This document shows, in pieces, positions 53,803 through 63,916 of a stretch of 64,000 nt of DNA. The notes under the pieces are model-generated. The model saw only the letters and a list, made by a program, of their open reading frames with translations, made no database searches and was not told the DNA's origin. The stretch spans positions 248,001 to 312,000 of the forward strand of contig NW_026515684.1 in the NCBI RefSeq assembly GCF_025526975.1. Direction: 5' to 3'. The position numbers were made by a program, and so were the translations under genes. The stretch is from Fimicolochytrium jonesii. Taxonomy: Eukaryota. Numbering within the stretch: the first letter of the stretch is position 1; each line of letters begins with the position of its first letter.

Positions 53803-56074
53803 ATGAGATTAACGAAACTCCTTCTCACCTACCATCCACCAGGTATCAATGTGCCTTCATCTTGCTAGTCTTTCCGCATAATGTGACATTGCAACCTTCC
53901 TCTTTCTGTTACAGGCATCACGGTGGAGTATGAACAGGGGCAGCGGAAGCACACGAAATCGGTCGATCTGAGCGGGGTTTTCGAAAGGTACGGGGGGACA
54001 GTGATAACCGACGATGGGGATCGTAGGAGGGGGAGGGGATGGTGGTTTATTGGATCCGGAGACTGATGCGTTGACTAGATTTTTCTGAGTGTTTAGCCCA
54101 GATCCAGAAACCTACGCCCAAACCCTCACCGCCACCGACCCGGTCTTGTCCCACATCAACCATGCCAAATTCGTGAAAGTCATCAACCGTACGTCCGCTG
54201 ATTCGCCGACCTCCCCCGCGTCATATCTGACCATCGTGGATCTGTCAAATAGGCCTCCAGGCCGCCAATGCTCCGCCGACATCAGAACAGCCTGGACCCG
54301 AGTACAAGATGCATAAGAAACTGCGGGCGCATGTGATGCCGTTGACGAATTGCGCGTTCAACAAATCTGGGAGCCGGTACGCTATGCCCGTTATCGTTCT
54401 CGTCATCGTGTGATTTCGAAGACTGCTGACGGCAAATATAGGGTGATAACAGGAAGTTATGACCGCCTATGTAAAGTATGGAACACGGCTACGGGCACGG
54501 AACTGTTGACGCTGGATGGACATAAGAATGTGGTTTATGCGGTGGCGTTCAATAATCCTTTTGGGTAGGAGTTATTTAGGGGGACTGGAACCGGGGTGAG
54601 CATGGGCATGGACTGACTGGGTTCGTTTGTTGGGTTGGTTTAGGGATAAGATCGCAACAGGATCCTTCGATCGAACAGCCAAGGTTAGCCCCCCTCACCT
54701 CCTCCCTTCCTTTCCCCTCTATCCCACATCTGACACCTCTCCCCCCCGCACAGCTCTGGTCCACAGAAACCGGCAAATGCCACCACACGTTCAAAGGGCA
54801 CACGGGCGAGATCGTCGGCTTGGCGTTCAACCCGTACAGCACCGTGCTGGCGACGGGCAGCATGGACAGTACGAGCATGTTGTGGGATGTGCGGACTGGG
54901 AGCGATGTGTGTCGGTTTAAGGTGCGTTTGTACGATCAGAGGGGGATGGTACGCAAAACAGCATCAGATGTGATTTGGTTATGCTTAATATCTGTTTTGG
55001 TTTTTTTGGGGGGGTTCGTAGGGACATTCTGCGGAAGTCATCACTCTGTCGTTCAGCCCCGACGGCAGATACATGCTCACGGGCTCCTTTGACTCCACAC
55101 TCAACATCTGGGACGTCTCCACCCGGCGGTACGTACCACCCCCTCCTCCCTCCCCTCCCCATCCCCCCCACCCACTCATCCCACCCTATCTCCCTTCTTC
55201 AGAAACCTGCACACGCTGATAGGCCACCGCTCCGAAATCTCCGCCGCCGTCTTCAACACCCGCTCCACGCACGTGTTAAGCGGGAGCATGGACGCGACGG
55301 CGAAGGTGTGGAGTGTTGCGAGCGGGGAGTGTTTGGTGACTTTACGGTGCGTGTCCCCCCGTCACGTCTCATCATTGCACACCCATCGATGGGGAACCTG
55401 ATTGTTGATTGTGATTTTTTTTGGGGGGGGCAGAGGACATACGGACGAGGTGCTGGATGTCGCGTACAGCATATCAGGCACACGGGTCGCGACGGCGTCG
55501 GCGGACGGGACGACACGGGTGTATGGGACCGAGACCTGGGAGTGTTTGTGGACATTGGTGGGGCATGGGAGTGAGGTTTCTAAGGTATGCGCAAAACGAA
55601 GGTGGGGTGCGGAGGGTCGATGTGGGTGGGGAAGCTGATATTTGTGGGGTGATGCAGGTTGCGTTCAACCCATCCGCAAGCCTGATATTGACGGGGAGCA
55701 GGGATAAGACCGCGAGGGTGTGGGATGTTAAGGATGGGAAATGTCTTCAGGTAACAACTCGCCCTTCATGTCATGTTGCCCCCTACATCCCACGGTCCCG
55801 CATTCGAGCCGGCATGCTATCATGTGCGATGAGATTCGATGGCTTAGACGTCCGGGTTGTTGCAGATCCTCGAGGGCCATACGGACGAGATCTTCAGCGC
55901 TGCGTTTAACTATGAGGGGGATTTGATACTTACTGGTACGTTGTCCCTCTAATTAGCCGTCCTGCGCTTGGGAGAGCATCCCTGAATGCTCCTTGCATAT
56001 TGATGATTTTTTTTTTGGCCAATGCAGGATCGAAAGATAACACTTGCCATTTATGGAAAGCTGAACAAAGCTAG
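53803..56074 (+). CDS. DAW1: Dynein assembly factor with WD repeats 1 (WDR69/ODA16)
   Basis: N-terminus [72 protein letters not shown]; ends [15 protein letters not shown]. Confidence 0.92.
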
Positions 56075-56184
56075 CCTCCCGCCCGTCTCTTCGCTTCCAC
56101 ATACCCATAATCAACATCTACATAGACGACCCAAATGCACTTCTCACTGCACAATGACACGATATATTATGATTCAGCCATATA

Positions 56185-56275
56185 CGGATACAAGTTGCCA
56201 TCATCGGCGACGCCTCGGGCAGAGGTACAATTATGTGGATGGCAGATAACCACCACGGAAAATGGAATTGGGTGA
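56185..56275 (-). ncRNA. Candidate Fanzor omega-RNA scaffold
   Basis: Lies immediately 3' of the Fanzor stop codon. 7-bp perfect stem TGCCATC/GATGGCA (56196-56202 with 56238-56244); ends ...TATCCG|TA. Position-based inference only. Confidence 0.45.
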
Positions 56276-57262
56276 AAATTCTAGACTACCGGTTACGGGA
56301 GAATGCGTCTGGTCTGCGGCCATCGCCAAACACCACCGAACACACAGTCGAGAAGAAATTCTTGGTGCTTAGGACGTCCCGATTGTGCACTTTCATCCGT
56401 AGTCGTAGTGGTTGTCTTCTAGGAATCTCAAATGGCGTCCAGTCTTGGTTGATACATTTGGGGTTGGGGCAACCCACCAATCCATGGACGAATTCCATTC
56501 TTCCCTTTCAAGCTTGCCACGGCCGAGGTGACAGCCGGCGTCGGATGTTTTTCCTCACACGCCCGTGGCAGTGTGGGCACACCGACAACGTTCGATACTC
56601 ATCCAGCAAGTAGCATGGAATGCCGTTTCTCGCAAAGAGTGTGCGGAATCTGTTCCATGATGAGTTAGCATAATGATACATAAAAAACAATGATGGTCAC
56701 TCACCCTTTGGTCTTTGATGACTACTGAAAGCGCATGGTTTTTCCAGCGTCGCTCCAATCACCCAAGATGACCAAAAAATGCTTTCCATACAGGCATCGC
56801 ATGTTTTTGATGAGCTTGCTCTCAGACTTTTGCCACAGTGAGAACGCCTTGAATCTGCGAGCAACGTGAATCTCATCCTGGTAAAACTCATCCAGGGCGG
56901 GATCTGGGATATAGATGTCAGCCCACGTGTTACCAAATTTGAAGACAATGCATGATACATCATACCCGCATGTACGTGGTCCACAATGAACGCTGAGAAC
57001 GCCTCGATGTTCATGCTCTTGTGCGACGGAATATGTGATTCCATCTCAGCGATGCTGGCATTGATCTTTTGCTCTGTCATGTCTCTTGAAAGTACCGAGA
57101 CTTTGTCTCGACTGCCCATAGATTGGATGTGTATCTGGTATGGGGTGGTGCATTGTGAGAACGCGGCAACGGAATGTTGAACAAAGGGGATGGTGGGGAT
57201 GGTGACGGGGGGGGATGGTGGGGATGGGGACGGGGACAGGGTTGAGGAGGGTGTTGATCTGC

Positions 57263-57418
57263 ATAGCGGCGACAGTGGGGACAGCGGCGACAGCGGGGAC
57301 AGGGGCGACAGCGGGGACAGAGGCGACAGCGGAGTGGGGACAGCGGCGACACCGGGGATAGCGGAGCGGGGACAGCGGGGACAGCGGCGATAGCGGAGAC
57401 AGCGGGGATAGCGGAGGT
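57263..57418. repeat. ~9-bp minisatellite (GACAGCGG[G/C]) in Fanzor intron 4
   Basis: Tandem degenerate copies of gacagcggg/gatagcgg. Confidence 0.85.
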
Positions 57419-57692
57419 ACTGCAGATCGAATTCAGTTGCCGTTGCAGTTGCAGTCGCCATGCATTGCTCCGCATTCTGATCTCATTGAACGTTCCGCCA
57501 ACTTCCGCGATCGCTTGAGTCCAGCTTGGAGTAGGAGCCGGGCTCGCGATTTGCTCTTCACGACTACGACGGCGAAGCGACAACACATCCCATGCCGGTC
57601 GACCTCCCGCAAGCGGCGGTTGTGCTCAGCACAGGAAGCGTTGAGATCAGCGATGGCGGAAGTTGATAGCATAAAGTTGATGGCGTAACCAA

Positions 57693-57790
57693 TAGCGGCA
57701 ACAGCGGCAACAGCGGGGATAGCGGAGCGGGGACAGCGGCAACAGCGGGGATAGCGGGGCCAGCGGGGAGGGACAGTGGGGACAGCAGGG
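57693..57790. repeat. Second array of the same ~9-bp minisatellite
   Basis: Same unit and orientation as 57263-57418; both arrays start atagcggc. Confidence 0.85.
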
Positions 57791-58406
57791 CAGTAGTAAT
57801 CAACTGAAACGTACCTAAATGGCCGCTCCTTCTTGATGTCTCGACAGAACAAGAGGTCATGCTCGCCCGGATCATTGCTGACGATGTTTGGAGCCTCCCG
57901 TAGTTCGGCGATGTGGTGCTCAAAATACAGCTGTTTGACTTCTTCCCGCATTTGGGCCTTGCTGCGCTTCCGGGCCCGATGCCCATACTTGAGCCCTGGC
58001 TTCTTGAAGTGGATGGTAGCGGAATACCCATTTGTGCTGATTGTTCCATCAAATTTAAGACCAAGCTTCTTTCGATGCTTGAAGACCTTGTCCTGCAATG
58101 CGTCATTCAGCGAGGTGATTGAAATAAGCGCAGAAGGATAGAGACTTACATTCACGTTGAGAAACTGCCCCCACAGCCCCTGCTTGCGTGGATCGGTGAA
58201 TTTCCCCATGTGACGTCGGCTCAAGCCCAGGATATGGGTGGCTAGGATCAGCGTGTCGATCCGAACAGATGAGTGGATTCGAGATTTGCGCAGCGGGATA
58301 GCGGAAAACAGCCGCATTCCACAGCGCTCATAGAGGCGTGAGAGCTCACAATAGGCACCTGTGATGAGGCAGGTGCGGACCATGATTAGACAAAAGAGGG
58401 CACCGC

Positions 58407-58432
58407 GGGGGGGGGGGGGGGGGGGGGGGGGG
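58407..58432. repeat. G26 homopolymer in Fanzor intron 2
   Basis: Direct observation. Confidence 0.9.
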
Positions 58433-59606
58433 AATATACTAACTGACCTAAATATGCCATTGCGTCCACCGCAAGGCTGTACGCAAGCGGCTCATCCTGG
58501 GGAGGAAACAGAGCCCATAACTCGTCGAGGACGGTCCGCTCAAGTCGTCTGAGGCGCGCAAGCTCTTCTTCGGTTGGAAACTCTTCAAATGTCGCATACT
58601 TTGTAAACTGACGGACACGCTGATAATAGTGTCACCTCTGCGCTCTCCGGAGATGCTGTTCAACTGGCTTCAAACCAAGCCTTTCATTGACGTAGCGCAG
58701 AAACATTTGCATGAAATGCTCTTGTATGTTAACTTTGAGGTTTGTGAGGATGCTCGTAGCCGTGTACGCTGTGGTCTGTTGGCAATTTTGCATGCGGATG
58801 GGGGCGAATCCCTGAGCATTACAGTAGTCTGGAACCCATGGACGCAACTCTTGCGCGATGAGCAGATTGCCATTGTAGCCTGGATTGTTGAGCAGCTCAA
58901 ACATCTAACTGATGTGCTTGTGGGTGATGTCCGGGAAATCGTGTAGAGGATGGTCAGCTGTGGTGGGGTGGGCAGATGTAGCAGTTAGGACATTGTTCTA
59001 TGGGAAATATACAGTATAGTGTATCTCAAAAGTCACCAAGGTAGTACTTGATAAAGAAGGTGGTGTGGCGCGCAAGGACATGAACATCGGCGATGAACGT
59101 TGTCAGGCGCTCCCTCTGGACTTGGTTGTGATTTTGGACTCGGTGAAGGGAAACCTTCGTGCTGGCGTGTGTCTGCGGGCGGGGTCGTTGAGCTGGTGGT
59201 GGTGGCGGTGGTGGTGGTGGCGGGGGTTCATACACCAGGGGTCCACCCAGTGTGCTGGGAAAAAGGAAAGGGATGGGAGCGGGGAGGTTCAACGGGCGCT
59301 GCAGACCCCTGTCCGCGGGTGAAAGCCCTCGCTGCTGCTGCTGCTGCCCGTCTTCATCGCCGGAACTCTCGCCGGAACTCTCGCTAACCATGTCTGCAAT
59401 TGCTTGGGGCAAGTGGCGTTGGACAGACAGTGGGAACTCGAATCGTGGGGGCTGCAATGGCGTCTATACAGTGGTTGGCAGACGTATGGGCAGCCGCGGG
59501 GTAGCTCGAGTAACCTTCCTCCTCTTCCGCCGCGGCGTGGTAGCTCCGGTAAAGATGCCACACCACCAGTGCCCTTGGAGCGCCTGGTGTGATGACATGA
59601 TGGCCG

Positions 59607-59645
59607 TGCTGTGCTGTGCTGTGCTGTGCTGTGCTATGCTGTGCA
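59607..59645. repeat. (TGCTG)n microsatellite upstream of Fanzor
   Basis: tgctgtgctgtgctg... tandem copies. Confidence 0.85.
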
Positions 59646-59910
59646 GGCACATGGTGAGATCAAGTGGACCGAGCAAGGGGCCTGCTCTCGAGGAGGATCC
59701 AGGACTGCTGCTTACCTGCGACGTGTTGAGGGCTTTTAGAGATTGGTCGGGGGTTTGCCTTGAATGTGCGAGGGTGGAAGTGTGCGCGAGAAGTGTGTGT
59801 AAGTGTGCGTAACAAGGAGCTTGGTCTTGGCGGTCTGGGGTTTGTCTGCTCACGTCCTGGGGCACGTCTGCTTTGACGTGGAGCCCCGGGGCATGGTGAG
59901 TGGCATGCGT

Positions 59911-60068
59911 CCCGCGCTAACGTGGCTTCACAGATGTTAGCACCCGCGCCTGCGCTAACGTGGCTTTACGGGCGTTAGCACCCGCGCCCGCGCTAACATG
60001 GCTTTACGGGCGTTAGCACCCGCGCCCGCGCTAACGTAACGAGTCCAGCGCTAACGTCATGAGTCCAG
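59911..60068. repeat. 38-bp palindromic tandem array (~3.3 copies) plus two gctaacgt..gagtccag units
   Basis: Units start at 59911, 59949, 59987 and 60025. Consensus cccgcgctaacgtggctttacgggcgttagcacccgcg with internal GCTAACG/CGTTAGC inverted repeat. Confidence 0.9.
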
Positions 60069-60195
60069 TGATATTGGAACTGTGATACGTAGCACAGCTT
60101 AATTGATCGTCGAGTCTGCGTGGACCACGGTGGAATTGCAGATACTGTGCTGGAAAATTACATTTCTGGGCTGGTGGAAAACCGGAAGGTGTCAT

Positions 60196-60303
60196 GGGAT
60201 TAGGGTTGGGGATTAGGGTTATCACTGGGTTAGGGTTGTGAGATTGGGATTAGGGTTGATAGCCCTAACCGGGTTAGGGTTGTCAAGGTAACGGGTTAGG
60301 GTT
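60196..60303. repeat. Spaced telomere-like motifs GGG(A)TTAGGGTT x6 plus one inverted CCCTAACC
   Basis: Copies at ~60196, 60209, 60227, 60246, 60271 and 60293; inverted copy at 60263-60270. Confidence 0.88.
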
Positions 60304-60753
60304 GTGGACCCAAGTTACTAGAGTACAACCCCAACTGGTCCAACACGTCTTGAGCGAGTTTTGGCCCCTGATGTCCATACCACATCTGTTTCTAACAGCT
60401 CTGATGGTGCTCCTCACAGCTGTCTCACGTCATAATATAAGCATCCTCTCAAGCTTGACACAGTTAAGAAAATCATGTCAAACGAGATCAGGTGCAAGCG
60501 CCTCACATCCATCCCCAGGCGCGTATACACCACAGTTGTTGGATTGATGATTCCAACGCGTTTCAGGAAAGCTACGAGGTGGATGGATGACGGATGCGAA
60601 GGCACGTACTATACGTATGATATACTATACTCTCCCCCTATCACAACTAGGAGCTCGCATCTTACGGCACGACACCCTTCTGCACCCCCCTCTGCACCTC
60701 CTCCTACGCTGACATCTCTGCACCTTCCACCCCGGCATCTGCATCTTCCATCT

Positions 60754-63700
60754 CTAGCACTTTGTGACATCCGTATACTGATGAGCATCACCATCGTGAA
60801 GAAACATGGCCAACACGATGCTCAGTGCGATGTTATGGCGGGCATTGACGGCGGTCTGCGTATCGGCCCATGATTCGGTAACCTCACCCACGGCACCACA
60901 GGCAATGGCATCAGCCATCATGCACACAAATGTACCGCAGTTCTGGTCATTGGGCTGTCGAGGCGTGAAGAGGGTGTCAACCATTTGTTATGGACGACGC
61001 GCCCATACCATAAGCTTACCTACTGACAGCCGCCAATGTCAACCGCCAAATGTCAAACGCCAATGTCAATGTCAATGTCAGTGTCAATGTCAGTGTCAAT
61101 GTCAATGTCAATGCCACTCCCCCTCTCTCCTCTCATTTCGCCAATCCTCTTGCAATATCGCCACTCCTCCTCTCTCCTCTCATTTCGCCAATCCCCCCTA
61201 GGCTTCTCCACACCCACCACTGCTTCCCCATAGCCAGCAGCTGTAGTAATGCTCTCTACGCTCGCCACGCACGCTCTAGGAGCATAGCTGGCGCCCCCCA
61301 GTCCCCTCTTGTTGTTGTTGTTCTCTGATCTGCTGGGTTGCCTATCTATAAATAGCCGGCCTCTCTTCGTCCATTCCCTTCCTCCCCAGCAGATCAACAC
61401 CAGTTCTTCTCATCTCCTGTTCTAGTCCTTGTTTCTTGTTTCGCCAATACAATCTCTTGTCGCCTATCACACTCGCCCTGTCTTCCCTACTTCGCTTCCG
61501 CCCCCGTCGTCGAGATCATAACACCGTTGGTGTCGGTGTGTGATTGAGCGGGGCTTCAGTGGCTGTAATGTACCAATCCCACAAGAGGGAGCCGATATTG
61601 GCCATCTTATCAACGTAGTCGTCGTCATTCGGGCGAGGCTTCGAGTCAAATAAATCAAGGGATACGTTTTCGTGTCTGCCTAATGGCGAACCAGGGGGGC
61701 CCAGGGGTTTTGCGGACTTGGGCGCCGCCACCGCGACGAGTATTGCAAACAGGACCCAGTGCAGATTATCTGGGTTTGTTGCGAATAGCAGTATGTTGTA
61801 CTCTGCAACATTGATCGACCGCTTAACATAAAACAAAAAAGGAAAGTTAGTTTAGTTAAGTACGGTACGGTTAAGTAACTTTTCTTACCGGAACAAGCCG
61901 AATAGGGACACTGGATCTCCGTGCCATTTTGACACTTTGGAGCCAAGTGGATCCAACAACTAGCAGTGGCGGATAAATGGTTGGGTGGCGTGATGACCTG
62001 GCTTGTAACAACGCGCACCACCTATATATCCAGAGACAAGCATCAGTGAGTGACAACAATAAAACATGCGCATTGGAAAGACCGCACCTGTTGACAGCTT
62101 GATCGTTCAGCCAGCTGTTGGGTTTGACAATCTTCTGAATGGTAGCGAGTTCGATGATCGACGACCCTGCCGGCATCCTCAGGTCTCCTCCTCTTTCCTT
62201 TATGCCGCAACCAAGAGCCCACTGGCCCACCGGCATGCGTTTGCTGCTGATTACGCGTTCAAGGAAGGCGAGATGCTTTTCATCCACTTTTGGCCACGGC
62301 TCGCCTTTCCACACTGCCGGCAGCCTGTTCCACCACGCTGCCGGTCCGGGAAACGTCGTTGGTAATTCGACAATCTCCGCATCATCTTCCGTTACTCCGC
62401 AGTCGGCGTCCATATCAATCCCATAGTTACAACGTACTCCCCCACCAGCTTCCCCATCGATGCCAACTCCAGTGTCCTCACCAGCCCTGCCACTGGCTTC
62501 GACACCACCGACTTTGACTTCCTCCAGTCCAATGTCCAAAGGAGTATCCCTGTCCGACCCCTCCTCCTCCGACCCCTCCTCCTCCGACCCCTCCTCCTCC
62601 GCGGCTGCAGTGGGCTTGGCCCTCTTCTCGGGGGGCGCTTGCTCCGGCTCCTCCTCCTCTGCGCGCTTGCGCTTCCCAGCCTCAGCCTCCCCCGGCGCCT
62701 TCTCCGCCGCTCTCTCTGCCGTCTTCTCCGCCACCCTCTCTGCCGCCTCCTCTTCCACCCCCTCCACACCCTCCATGGCGACCTTCACCGATGCCCCCTC
62801 GCTGACCTCCCCTGCCGCCCCTTCGCTGACTGGGGGGCCAGAAAGCGCCTCGATCTGAGCTGCCGTGGGCCCTGCCCCCTCCCAGCTGCTCTTGGTCACA
62901 CCGGGCACAGATGCCAGCGGTTCCCCGGGCCTTTCTTCCGCGAAAAGGTCGTCGAAGCTCACGTCCTCGCGCCGACGGAGCTGAATGCAGTCCCAGTACA
63001 GCGAGAAGCTTGCCACCTCCTCCTTGCTTGCCGTCCTCCCAAAGATGTGGCCATACGGCAAGTACGGCGGCCAGCCCACGACAAGGAGGGGGTTTGTCAG
63101 CGCGCGGATCTGCGGCCAAGGCGTGCGCCTGATGTCCCTGCTGGATGCCTTGTTGTACTTGTCCCGAAGTGCATCGCGGAGGCCCTCTCTGTTTTTCCAG
63201 ATGGGCACAATGGGCGCCAGGGGTTTGCCTGCACGGGGTGGGCGGAGCCAGAGACGACTTGGTTACGAGCGCTAGCGCGGCGGGTGACGTTAACGCGGGT
63301 CACGCACCTTCTTTTTCATCCCCATCTTTTTTAGCCCCGTGTTTTCTCTTCCCCCATTTTTCTCCCCCTCAACAAACAGGGAGCGCACGTAGGTGTCCAC
63401 AGCACGCCGGGCTGCGTGGGTGGTGTCGACAGGCTGCCCCATTAGGCCCCCCGCCACGATCCGCATTGTGTCGTCGCTGTCCATGACCAGGTAGCTGCGG
63501 CCTGCGTTCCGAGAGGATGCAACTATGAGTTGGAGGGGCTCGCCGGCCAGCCTGCAGATCTCGACCAAGCTCTGGGCAGCCATGATGAGCGCCCCCTCGG
63601 CTACAACAACGTCTGCGATGGTCCCCGATATGCTCCCCGCGTCGTCGCCGAGCGCCTTCCTGTCGTCGCCGTCCAGCTGGTCAACCAGCGCCCGCGCAAG

Positions 63701-63916
63701 GCTACGTTGTGCACTGTGGCCAAGCAAGTTGGCGGTTGCGGGCCTCGCCTCCGCACCGGCAGCCTCCCTCATCCGCCCCATGTCGACGTCGGCTGTTTTC
63801 TGGGCTTCCGCCATGTTCAATGACCTGAACCGACCAGCGGGGTTGCCCGCCCGTAGAAGTTGACCATTCTTGTCTTCTCTTGCTGAAGGAGGCGTTTGGC
63901 GGACTTTCCACTGCAC
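60754..63916 (-). pseudogene. Ulp1/C48 SUMO-like cysteine protease gene, probably transposon-borne; disrupted by a solo LTR; 5' part probably extends beyond the window
   Basis: SWLNDQAVN, NLHWVL (His), LFDS (Asp) and QPNDQNCG (Gln/Cys). Introns 62022-62087 and 61822-61888. Acidic low-complexity linker upstream; the join to the 63290-63916 ORF is not resolved. Confidence 0.8.
60986..61523 (+). mobile_element. Solo LTR (538 bp)
   Basis: Ends TGTTATG...CATAACA (7-bp inverted repeat); 5-bp TSD ccatt (60981-60985) / ccgtt (61524-61528); TATAAATA at 61347; AATACA at 61446. Excision restores the Ulp1 reading frame. Confidence 0.88.

Larger units (their letters stand above)
56286..59457 (-). pseudogene. 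Fanzor1 (eukaryotic TnpB-like RNA-guided nuclease), 7 exons, inactivated
   Basis: Exons ~59457-59037, 58957-58448, 58358-58150, 58092-57815, 57134-56966, 56903-56705 and 56649-56286. Motifs: NIQEHFMQMFLRYVN, FSAIPLRKS..RIDT, FDGTISTNGYS, RuvC-I NDPG, RYT..ETKS, VILGDWS, RuvC-II LLDEYRT, Zn finger CPHC..CPNPKC, RuvC-III HNRDV. Five in-frame stops and one frameshift. Confidence 0.92.

Noticed and set aside
56286..59457. Active Fanzor through stop-codon readthrough or an alternative genetic code
   Set aside because: Both TAG and TGA stops occur plus a frameshift, and host genes here use TAG and TGA as normal stops.
59911..60068. CRISPR-like array next to a Cas12-related nuclease
   Set aside because: Units are head-to-tail near-identical 38-mers with no unique spacers, in a eukaryotic context.
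56145..60070. CACTA-type boundaries CACTG (56145)...CAGTG (60070)
   Set aside because: Only 5-6 bp of perfect match, and the flanks (tct versus ata) give no target-site duplication. Kept only as a fallback hypothesis.
60196..60303. True telomere or chromosome end
   Set aside because: The motifs are spaced, degenerate and bidirectional, with complex sequence on both sides.
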